Assembly: GCF_000014785.1 (NCBI RefSeq)
Contig: NC_008340.1
Location: 1,350,001-1,382,000, forward strand
Origin: Alkalilimnicola ehrlichii MLHE-1
Lineage (GTDB): Bacteria > Pseudomonadota > Gammaproteobacteria > Nitrococcales > Halorhodospiraceae
Length of the DNA: 32,000 nt
Direction: 5' to 3'
The notes beneath the pieces were generated by a model, which was given only the letters and a program-made list of their open reading frames with translations, was not told where the DNA came from and searched no databases. Positions within the stretch are counted from its first letter, which is position 1. Every line of letters begins with the position of its first letter. Positions 8,678 through 16,246 of the stretch are shown here, one piece after another. The position numbers and the translations under genes are program-made.

Positions 8678-10101
8678 CCGTGCGCCTGCCGGCGCCGTTG
8701 CGGCCCTTCGCCGGGGACCAGCCGGAACTGCACGTCCCGGGCGCCAGCGTGGGCGAGGTGCTCGAGGCCCTGGCCCGCGACTACCCGCTGCTGCACGCCC
8801 GTCTGGTGGATCCGGACGGCGAGTTGCGGGCCTTCGTCAATCTTTTCCGGGGTGAGCAGGACGTACGGGAGCTGGCGGGGCAGAGGACGCCGCTGCGGCC
8901 GGGCGATGTGCTGACCGTGTTGCCGGCGGTGGCCGGCGGGGCGCCCTCCGCCCTGGAGCGCCTCTCGGCGCGGATTCGCCGGGAGGTGCCGGAGGTCACA
9001 CCGGCGGAGGCGCAGAAGCTGGCGGCGCAGGGGGCAGTGCTGCTGGATGTGCGGGAGGCCGGGGAGGTGGCAGAGGGCAGCCCCACCGGCGCGCTGCGCA
9101 TCGACCGCAACTGGCTGGAGTTGCGCATCGAGGAGGCGGTGCCCGAGCCGGAACGGCCCATCCTTACCCTGTGCGCCGTGGGACAGCGCTCGCTGCTGGC
9201 GGCGGACGACCTGCGTCGCCTGGGCTATCGCGACGTGCGCAACATCGCCGGCGGCTTTAACCGCTGGAAGGACGAAGGCCTGCCCTTCGAGGTGCCGCGG
9301 GTGCTGGATGACGCCTCGCGGGCCCGCTACGCCCGCCACCTGCGCATGCCCGAGGTGGGTGAGGCGGGGCAGCTGCGCCTGGGCGAGAGCCGGGTGGTGC
9401 TGGTGGGGGCCGGAGGGCTGGGTTCGCCGGCGGCGCTCTATCTGGCCGCGGCCGGGGTGGGCACCCTGGTGCTGGTCGACCATGACGTGGTGGACCGCAG
9501 CAACCTGCAGCGCCAGATCCTGCATACCGACGACCGGGTCGGCCAGCCCAAGACGGAGTCCGGGCGGCAGGCGGTGGCCGCGCTTAACCCCCAGGTGCGC
9601 GTGGAGGCCGTCCAGGCCCGGCTGAACAGCGAGAACATCGAGGCCGTGCTCGCCGGCGCCGACTTGGTGATCGACGGCTCAGATAACTTTCCCACCCGCT
9701 ACCTGGTCAATGACGCCTGCGTGAAACTGGGCCTGCCGCTGGTCTACGGCGCGGTCTACCGGTTCGAGGGTCAGGTCACGGTGTTCAATGTGGATGACGG
9801 GCCCTGCTACCGCTGCCTCTATCCGGAGCCGCCCCCGGCGGAGCTGGCCCCATCCTGTGCCCAGGCCGGGGTGCTGGGCGTGCTACCGGGGGTGATTGGG
9901 CTGCTGCAGGCCACGGAGGCGGTCAAGCTCCTGCTGGGTGTGGGGGAGCCGCTGTCCGGTCGACTGGTGCACTACGATGCGCTGCGGGGGCAGTTTCAGC
10001 AATTGCGGATGAAGGCCAACCCCGATTGCCCCGTTTGCGCCCCCGGGCGTCCGTTCCCAGGTTATGTGGACTACGAGGCCTTCTGCAGCAGTTCGGCCTG
10101 A
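8659..10101 (+). CDS. Three-domain fusion: ThiS/MoaD-like ubiquitin fold (internal VAGG) - rhodanese - ThiF/MoeB (E1-like) adenylyltransferase
   Basis: Start chosen at ATG 8659 (MSETSVTVRLPAPLRPF; the ORF track gives 8566). Ubl end ...PGDVLTVLPAVAGG; rhodanese LLDVREAGEV ... CAVGQRS; ThiF GAGGLGSPAALYLAAAGVGTLVLVDHDVVDRSNLQRQ, CYRCLYPEPP and CPVC zinc cysteines. Confidence 0.95.
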   Translation: MSETSVTVRLPAPLRPFAGDQPELHVPGASVGEVLEALARDYPLLHARLVDPDGELRAFVNLFRGEQDVRELAGQRTPLRPGDVLTVLPAVAGGAPSALERLSARIRREVPEVTPAEAQKLAAQGAVLLDVREAGEVAEGSPTGALRIDRNWLELRIEEAVPEPERPILTLCAVGQRSLLAADDLRRLGYRDVRNIAGGFNRWKDEGLPFEVPRVLDDASRARYARHLRMPEVGEAGQLRLGESRVVLVGAGGLGSPAALYLAAAGVGTLVLVDHDVVDRSNLQRQILHTDDRVGQPKTESGRQAVAALNPQVRVEAVQARLNSENIEAVLAGADLVIDGSDNFPTRYLVNDACVKLGLPLVYGAVYRFEGQVTVFNVDDGPCYRCLYPEPPPAELAPSCAQAGVLGVLPGVIGLLQATEAVKLLLGVGEPLSGRLVHYDALRGQFQQLRMKANPDCPVCAPGRPFPGYVDYEAFCSSSA

Positions 10102-10164
10102 GCGGAAATGGACCGCGGGTGGGCGGTGCGGCCGGCCACGACCGCACCGGGCGCCTCAACGTGC

Positions 10165-10446
10165 TTATTGGTCCAGCGCTTTGTCCACCGCCTCCGGGTG
10201 GGTTTCGCAGAAGTGTTTCAGGGTTAGTTTCAGCTTGACCACGTGGCGGGTATCGCCGCGGGCCTCGGCGTGTTCAATGTCGTCCAGGATCATCCGCCGG
10301 ATGCGTGGACAGCCCTCCGGTGAGTGCACCAGATAGTTGCCCAGTTCGATCGCCAGCATCTCCGAACAGTGCTCGTGCTCGCAAATGGCGTCGATCTCCT
10401 CCTCCGTGAGCTCCGCGAGCTCCCGGCAGTCGTCGATGGTGAGCAT
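10165..10446 (-). CDS. Small conserved-looking hypothetical protein (93 aa)
   Basis: Acidic soluble protein MLTIDDCRELAELTEEEIDAICEHEHCSEMLAIELGNYLVHSPEG...; intact ORF with plausible RBS; function not assignable. Confidence 0.6.
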   Translation of the reverse strand: MLTIDDCRELAELTEEEIDAICEHEHCSEMLAIELGNYLVHSPEGCPRIRRMILDDIEHAEARGDTRHVVKLKLTLKHFCETHPEAVDKALDQ

Positions 10447-10586
10447 GGTGACCTCCTGCTGCTAGGCCGATATTGGGGCTGGGGAACGGGGAGTCTTTAT
10501 ATCAGTATCGATCAGCCTACTGGCCTGTATAGGGCAAACCGTGCGTCATCTTGACGCAGATCAAGACAGTACCGGGCCGACCGGGA

Positions 10587-11474
10587 TCAATCGACGGCGT
10601 GTTCTATGGGCTCCAACGACAGGATGTAATGGGCGATGGCCCGCCGGTCGTCATCGCTCAGATGGCTGCTGGACTCGTCGATGAACTCCCCCATCAGGCC
10701 GCCGGCGAAGTCGCCGTCCGGGTCCATGCCGAAATCCAGGTAGCGGACCAAGTGGCGTTCGCTCCAGCGTCCGATCCCGGTTTCGCGGTGGGGGGTGATA
10801 TTGGGGGCGGTCTCTCCCTCCGGGCCGTCCCGGGCCCCCGCCAGCCACCGGTCGCGGTCGAGGCCGCCGGTGCGGGTTCTCGGCGTATGACACTCGGCGC
10901 AGTGGCTCAGCGCATGGACCAGGTACGCCCCCCGGTTCCAGGTCTCCGAGCGGGACGGATCGGGTTCGAATTCACCCGGCTCGAAGTTCAGCCACTTCCA
11001 CCCGGCCAGGGGCAAGCGCCAGCGCACGTGCCAGTGGAGTTCGTGGGGGCGGTTGGGTTGACTGACCGGTTCCAGTGACTGGAGGTAGGCCCACAGGTCC
11101 TCGAGATCCTGGCGCCGCATCCGGGTGTAGCTGGTGTAGGGGAATACGGGGTAGTAGTGACGCCCGTCGGGCGCGCGCCCTTCGGTCATTGCGCCGATGA
11201 AGTCATCCAGCGACCAGTCCCCCAAGCCGTACTCCGGATCGGGGGTGATGTTCGGCCCGTAAAAGGTGCCGAAGGGCGTCTCCAGCGCCCGGCCCCCGGC
11301 GAGGAACTCGGCGTCCTCGTCCCGGGGCGTATGGCAGGAGACGCAGCCCCCGGCCCGCATCACATACTCGCCGCGGGTGACCGGGTCATCCCCGGGTGCC
11401 TCCGCTGCGGCCGGCCCGGTCAGCGCCAGGACGGCCGCAGCGGCCAGGGCGGCTGTGGGCCAGCGCCCGGTCAT
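10587..11474 (-). CDS. Diheme c-type cytochrome (dehydrogenase cytochrome-subunit-like)
   Basis: Start re-assigned to MTGRWPTAALAAAAVLALTGPAAAEA (signal peptide); two CxxCH motifs: GGCVSCHTPRD and HCAECHTPRTRTGG; twin NITP motifs (YGPNITPDPEYGLGDWS, TAPNITPHRETGIGRWS). Confidence 0.88.
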   Translation of the reverse strand: MTGRWPTAALAAAAVLALTGPAAAEAPGDDPVTRGEYVMRAGGCVSCHTPRDEDAEFLAGGRALETPFGTFYGPNITPDPEYGLGDWSLDDFIGAMTEGRAPDGRHYYPVFPYTSYTRMRRQDLEDLWAYLQSLEPVSQPNRPHELHWHVRWRLPLAGWKWLNFEPGEFEPDPSRSETWNRGAYLVHALSHCAECHTPRTRTGGLDRDRWLAGARDGPEGETAPNITPHRETGIGRWSERHLVRYLDFGMDPDGDFAGGLMGEFIDESSSHLSDDDRRAIAHYILSLEPIEHAVD

Positions 11475-11484
11475 GGGACCGACC

Positions 11485-11934
11485 TCAGTCGCGGAAATCG
11501 TCGTGACAGGCCCGACAGGATTGGCCCAGATCGCGGAAGGCCGCCATGATCTCCCGGTCAGTGCCATCCTCGCGCACCACCGCGTAGAAGGCCTCCGCGG
11601 CATCCCGGGTCTCAGCAGCGCGCTCTTCGAACGTCTGGCGGTCACTCCAGACCGCCTCGCGGGCGTCGTTGTCGCCGACGTCTGAGCCCTCCGGGAAGAG
11701 GGCGGGGATATCGCGGGTGAACTCCGCCAGTATCCGGGCGTGTTGCTCCAGGTTGTCGCGGAAGTCGACACCGTCCATGATGATGGCGGCCGACGCCGCG
11801 GCATTACCCCCCAGCGAGCTCATCACCCCCTGGCGGTAGTCGACGATGGCCTCCGGATCGGCTGCCATGGCGGGAAAGACCAGGCTGCCCCCCATCGCGA
11901 CGACCAAGCATCCGTTACGAATTGCCTTGATCAT
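11485..11934 (-). CDS. cycP: Cytochrome c'
   Basis: Signal peptide, four-helix-like sequence, C-terminal heme site CRACHDDFRD; the N-terminal DYRQGVMSSLGGN is characteristic of this family. Confidence 0.92.
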   Translation of the reverse strand: MIKAIRNGCLVVAMGGSLVFPAMAADPEAIVDYRQGVMSSLGGNAAASAAIIMDGVDFRDNLEQHARILAEFTRDIPALFPEGSDVGDNDAREAVWSDRQTFEERAAETRDAAEAFYAVVREDGTDREIMAAFRDLGQSCRACHDDFRD

Positions 11935-12177
11935 GGAACTCTCCTGTATTTTTGTCTGTCCCTCAGTTAACGCTCGCCACCCAAGGAAACTATCGTCTGG
12001 CCTGCGTGACTTGGCAAGCGGTCAAGGCGAAAATAGCGGTGTGGGGCTGTGGAGTCACGGCGCCGGGTAGCGATTAAAGCGGATTTGACAGGCAGCGTTT
12101 GCTTGCTGTTAGTGTTTACGCACTCAATTCACTCGCGGCCGACGAGGCCGCCCATAAAATTTGGTGTCCAATTGTCC

Positions 12178-12780
12178 ATGACTATCATTGAAACGATGAA
12201 ATCTCGTATGGCGCGCGCCGGCATGGTCGCGGCCGTTTGCGGTGCCCTGGCCCTGGGGACCGGGGTCGCCGGAACGGCCATGGCACAGCAGCAGGGCGGC
12301 CAGGGCATGGAGCAGGCGCAGCAGGCGCAGATGCGTCTGCAGGAGATCCACCAGCAGCTGGGTGAACTCCAGCAGCAGACGCTGGAGGACAACGCCGGCC
12401 TGCGCCAGGAGCAGGAAGACCTGGAGGAGATGGCCGTCACCACCATGGAGAGCATGGGCCACGACCCGCGTGGCAACATCGAGCGCCTCGAGGAGCTGCG
12501 CGACCAGCTGCAGGCCGCCGAGGGCGATCCGGAGCAGCAGCAGAGCCTGTTCGAGGCATTTCAGGAAGAGCGCATGGCCCTGGAGGAGGCTCAGCGCGAT
12601 GCCATGGAGGATGAGGCCTTCATGGAGGCGCAGCAGGACTTCCAGGACAACCTGCTCGCCGCGATGCGTGCCGATCACCCCGAGACCGACGACCTGATCG
12701 CTGAGTTCGAGGAGATCCAGCAGGAGATGATGCAGATGCAGCAGCAGGGTGGCGGCATGCAGGGCGGCGGTATCCAGTAA
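12178..12780 (+). CDS. Exported Gln/Met/Glu-rich coiled-coil protein
   Basis: Likely start ATG 12178 or 12196 (ORF track 12049). Signal peptide MARAGMVAAVCGALALGTGVAGTAMAQQQ, then helical Q/E/M-rich body ending EEIQQEMMQMQQQGGGMQGGGIQ. Confidence 0.75.
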   Translation: MTIIETMKSRMARAGMVAAVCGALALGTGVAGTAMAQQQGGQGMEQAQQAQMRLQEIHQQLGELQQQTLEDNAGLRQEQEDLEEMAVTTMESMGHDPRGNIERLEELRDQLQAAEGDPEQQQSLFEAFQEERMALEEAQRDAMEDEAFMEAQQDFQDNLLAAMRADHPETDDLIAEFEEIQQEMMQMQQQGGGMQGGGIQ

Positions 12781-12833
12781 GCCCTGCCGCCTGTCGACAC
12801 CGCACTCACGAGTGCGTGCGAAAGGTTGCTGTG

Positions 12834-12876
12834 CGAGGACCGGTCCCCTACTGGGGGCCGGTCCTCGCGCGTTTTC
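12834..12876 (+). terminator. Intrinsic terminator downstream of 12178..12780
   Basis: CGAGGACCGGTCCCC-TACT-GGGGGCCGGTCCTCG (15-bp stem with one G/U-type position) followed by CGCGTTTTC. Confidence 0.85.
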
Positions 12877-12947
12877 GGGGCCTCATTGGCAGCGGCGCGT
12901 GATCGCGGGACAATGACCGCTTCGTTTCCGAGGAGACCCGGCCCAGG

Positions 12948-13391
12948 ATGCTAAGCCCCGAATCGCAAACCACGGAACTCGCACTGTCCACGCCAGCGCT
13001 GCTCTTTCCGGCGATTTCGCTGCTGCTGCTGGCCTATACCAACCGCTTCCTAGCCCTCGCCTCGCTGATCCGCGACCTGCAGGCGCGCTACCGGGACAGC
13101 CACGACACCCGGCTCAAGGGGCAGATTGATAACCTGCGCCGGCGGGTCATATTGATCCGCAACATGCAGGTGGCGGGGGTGGCCAGCCTGCTCTTTTGTA
13201 CCTTCTGCATGCTGGCCTTGTTCGCGGGCTGGCTCCTGCTGGCGCAATGGATCTTCGCCGTCAGCCTGCTGTTGATGATGCTGTCGTTGGCGCTGTCGTT
13301 GCGGGAGCTGCAGATCTCGGTGGGTGCGCTCAATCTGCAGCTCAGCGATATCGAAGAGGGGCGCCGGCGCGGCGGTGCGGCCGGGCGCTGA
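12948..13391 (+). CDS. DUF2721 family membrane protein
   Basis: TM segments plus LFPAISLLLLAYTNRFLALASLIRDLQ...RRRVILIRNMQ...LSLRELQISVGALNLQLSDIE. Confidence 0.87.
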   Translation: MLSPESQTTELALSTPALLFPAISLLLLAYTNRFLALASLIRDLQARYRDSHDTRLKGQIDNLRRRVILIRNMQVAGVASLLFCTFCMLALFAGWLLLAQWIFAVSLLLMMLSLALSLRELQISVGALNLQLSDIEEGRRRGGAAGR

Positions 13392-13401
13392 CGGCCGCGC
13401 C

Positions 13402-14685
13402 TCAGTGCCGCCGGGGCTGGCGGCGGCGCTTGTGGTGGGGTTGGACCCGGGCCATTTTCACCCGGTTGTCCTGGGTTTGCAGGATGGTCACCGGCCAGCC
13501 CTGGATCAGCAGGCTGGTGCCGGCCTCGGGGATCGACTCCAGGTGCTCCAGGATCAGGCCGTTGAGCGTACGGGGGCCATTGGCGGGTAGCCCCCACTTG
13601 AGCACCCGGTTGAGCTCGCGCACGGTGGTCTGACCCTCCACCATCCAACTGCCGTCGGGCTCCTGGTGCATGTTGGCCAGTGCGGAGCCCGGGTCGGTGG
13701 TGAACTCGCCCACGATCTCCTCCAGGATGTCATCCAACGCGGCCAGGCCCATGATGTCGCCGTACTCGTCCACCACCAACCCGATGCGCTCGCGCCGGCG
13801 CTGGAAGTTGAGCAACTGCTGATGCAGCCCGGTGCCCTCGGGGATGAAGTAGGCCTCACCGACCCGGCTTTCCAGGTCACTGCGGGTGAAGTCGCTGCGC
13901 AGCAGGTCGGCCAGCAGTTGGCGGACATGGATCATGCCCACCAGGTTGTCGATGGCGCCCCGGTACACCGGCAGGCGGGTGTATTGGGTGTTGATCAACA
14001 TCTCCACCGTCTGCGCCCAGGGGGCATCAAGATCGAGTCCGACCACCTCGTTGCGGGGCACCATGATGTCCTCCACCGTGGCGTACTCCAGATCGAGGAT
14101 GCTCAACAGCATTTTCTGGTGGCGTCGGGGGATCAGGTTGCCGGCCTCATTGACCACCGTGCGCAATTCCTCGCGGCTGAGGCTGTCGTCGCCGGTGTCG
14201 GTGACGCGGACGCGAAACAGCCGCAGCAGGCCATTGGCCACGGTGTTGACCATCCAGACCACCGGGTAGCTCACCAGCAGCAGCGGCGTCAGGGCGTAGG
14301 CGGCGGGGAAGGCCACCCGCTCCGGGTTCACCGCCGCCAGCGTCTTCGGTGTCACCTCGGAGAAGATCAGGATGGTAATGGTGAGCAATACCGCGGCGAG
14401 GGCGATCCCCGCTTCGCCCATCAGGCGGATGGCGATCAGCGTGGCCAGCGACGAGGCGGCGATGTTGACCAGGTTGTTGCCCAGCAGGATCACGCCCAGG
14501 ACCCGGTCGGGCCGCTCCAGCAGGCGCTCCGCCAGGCGGGCGCCGCGGTGGCCCTGCCTTGCCAGGTGACGCACCCGGTAGCGATTCACCGCCATCAGCC
14601 CGGTCTCGGAGCCGGAGAAGCAGCCTGAGAGCACGATCAGCACACCCAGGGCGATGAACAGGGTGGATAGCGGGATGGCCTCCAC
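13402..14685 (-). CDS. CNNM/CorC (HlyC/CorC) family membrane protein with CBS domains
   Basis: SGCFSGSETGLMAVNRYRVRHLARQG, EVTPKTLA, EDIMVPRNEVVGLDLD, GLVVDEYGDIMGLAALDDILEEIVGEF. Confidence 0.94.
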   Translation of the reverse strand: MEAIPLSTLFIALGVLIVLSGCFSGSETGLMAVNRYRVRHLARQGHRGARLAERLLERPDRVLGVILLGNNLVNIAASSLATLIAIRLMGEAGIALAAVLLTITILIFSEVTPKTLAAVNPERVAFPAAYALTPLLLVSYPVVWMVNTVANGLLRLFRVRVTDTGDDSLSREELRTVVNEAGNLIPRRHQKMLLSILDLEYATVEDIMVPRNEVVGLDLDAPWAQTVEMLINTQYTRLPVYRGAIDNLVGMIHVRQLLADLLRSDFTRSDLESRVGEAYFIPEGTGLHQQLLNFQRRRERIGLVVDEYGDIMGLAALDDILEEIVGEFTTDPGSALANMHQEPDGSWMVEGQTTVRELNRVLKWGLPANGPRTLNGLILEHLESIPEAGTSLLIQGWPVTILQTQDNRVKMARVQPHHKRRRQPRRH

Positions 14686-14688
14686 GAG

Positions 14689-15147
14689 TCAGGTCCGGAC
14701 CTTGGGGCCGACCCCGGGCAGGGCGCGCAGTCGGGCCAGTTCGTCGTCGTCGGGCAGGCGTGGCCGGTCGCGCTCACGGTCGACGATACAGAGAAAGCCG
14801 AGGGGTTCATCGCCGCTGGCATGGAACTGGTGAAAGGTCTGTGGCGCGATGTAGATACAGTCGTGCCGGCCGATCCGGTGCAGCGCATCGCCCAGGATCA
14901 GCTCCCCCTGCCCGCGCAGGATCACCACCGTGTGAGTGTGCTGATGCCGCTCCAGGGAGGAGTAGCCGCCGGGGGCGATCTCAAAGTACCGGGTCTGGTG
15001 GCCCAGTGCGCGCTCGTCCTCGTCAGCGCCCAGCAGGGTCTGCCGGGTGATGGCGCGGAAGTGGGTGCCATCGGTCTTGTAGGCCTTCAGCGGCACGCCC
15101 TCCCAGCGGTAGTCGCGGGCGTGGATGACCTTCGATTGCTCGGGCAT
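14689..15147 (-). CDS. Cupin-domain protein
   Basis: Cupin motifs PGGYSSLERHQHTHTVVILRGQGELILGD and HDCIYIAPQTFHQFHASGDEPLGFLCIVD; one base downstream of the RLP gene. Confidence 0.9.
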   Translation of the reverse strand: MPEQSKVIHARDYRWEGVPLKAYKTDGTHFRAITRQTLLGADEDERALGHQTRYFEIAPGGYSSLERHQHTHTVVILRGQGELILGDALHRIGRHDCIYIAPQTFHQFHASGDEPLGFLCIVDRERDRPRLPDDDELARLRALPGVGPKVRT

Positions 15148-15148
15148 A

Positions 15149-16246
15149 TCAGTCTCGGATCGCTTGCATCAGGGCTCGGGAGGCGGCCTCGATGTCGCCC
15201 TGGGCGTAAAGGCTGCCCCCGATCAACAGGATGGTATCGGGCCCGTAGGCCTGCTTCCAGTGGCCAGCCCGCTTCACGTCCACGCCGCCGCCCGGTGTCG
15301 GCCAGGCGCTCGCCAGTCCCTCCAGGGGCCGGCGCAGGGCGTGGTTGATGGCCTGGCAGGTGTCGGCGGAAAAGCGAAAGCGGCCGCCAACGTTGGGATA
15401 GATCACGGCATCGGCGCCGGCAATGCGGAATAACTCGCCCAGCAGCAGGGCCGGGCTGATGCCGTGGCGCGGCAGAAACAGCCCGCCGGTCATCGCCGGA
15501 TGCGCCATCAGGGCCAGGCCGTATTCGTCCCGCGCCCAGCGCAGGGTCTCGAGGCCGGTGAGCCAGGGGCTGATCAGGACCATCTCACAGCCGGCGTCCC
15601 GCGCGGCCGCCAGCCGTTCCCCGAGGGCCTGGGGCGCTGCGGTGACATTGGGCAGGTACAGGCTGCGGCCGCCGCTCCTGCGGTTGGCCTGTCGCACCGC
15701 ATCCTGGCAGGCGTTCAGGCGCTCGGCGAAGGGGGCGTCCGGCTGATCGGCCAGGCCGTGGTCGTCCTTGATCAGATCAACGCCGCCGCGGGCGAAGGCG
15801 GCACACCGTGCGGCCAGCGCCGGTGCCGACAGCCCCATGGGCTTGAGCGCGGCGCAAAGCAATGGCCGCGCCCCCACGTCCAGCCGCGCCCGCAGCCCGG
15901 ACACCCCCAGCCCGGGGCCGCCCCAGCGGCGCAGCAGGCTGGGTGGCCAGGCCACCTGAACCAGCCGGATGCCGGACTGCAGCGAGATATTGCCGAAGAG
16001 CAGGTTGAGGCACTGGGTCAGCTCACCACCGATGGCGGCCAGCGGGTAGTCGATCTCGAGGACCCAGTGGTCCGCCCGCGGCTCGAGCGTGCGGATTCGT
16101 CCCACCATGCGCTCGGCGATGTCGCCGGGCAGGCAGTCGGCCGGCATCTCCACGGTCTGCTCCAGGGCGATGCCGCGGGCCTTGCCCTCGGGGGATTCAC
16201 CCTCGGCCAGGTAAAGCTCATAGGTGGCAGTGAGGACGTCGGTCAT
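15149..16246 (-). CDS. RuBisCO-like protein (form IV / RLP)
   Basis: Start re-assigned to 16246 (MTDVLTATYELYLAEGESPEGKARGIALEQTVE). RuBisCO superfamily features: LLFGNIS, CAALKPMGLS, FARGGVDLIKDDHGLADQPDAPF, LMAHPAMTG, AGADAVIYPNVGGRF, TPGGGV, LLIGGSLY. Confidence 0.93.
   Translation of the reverse strand: MTDVLTATYELYLAEGESPEGKARGIALEQTVEMPADCLPGDIAERMVGRIRTLEPRADHWVLEIDYPLAAIGGELTQCLNLLFGNISLQSGIRLVQVAWPPSLLRRWGGPGLGVSGLRARLDVGARPLLCAALKPMGLSAPALAARCAAFARGGVDLIKDDHGLADQPDAPFAERLNACQDAVRQANRRSGGRSLYLPNVTAAPQALGERLAAARDAGCEMVLISPWLTGLETLRWARDEYGLALMAHPAMTGGLFLPRHGISPALLLGELFRIAGADAVIYPNVGGRFRFSADTCQAINHALRRPLEGLASAWPTPGGGVDVKRAGHWKQAYGPDTILLIGGSLYAQGDIEAASRALMQAIRD

Noticed and set aside
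10125-10148. GGTGCGG-N10-CCGCACC hairpin downstream of the Ubl-Rhd-E1 gene
   Set aside because: Short stem, long loop, no T-tract; expected by chance in DNA of this composition.
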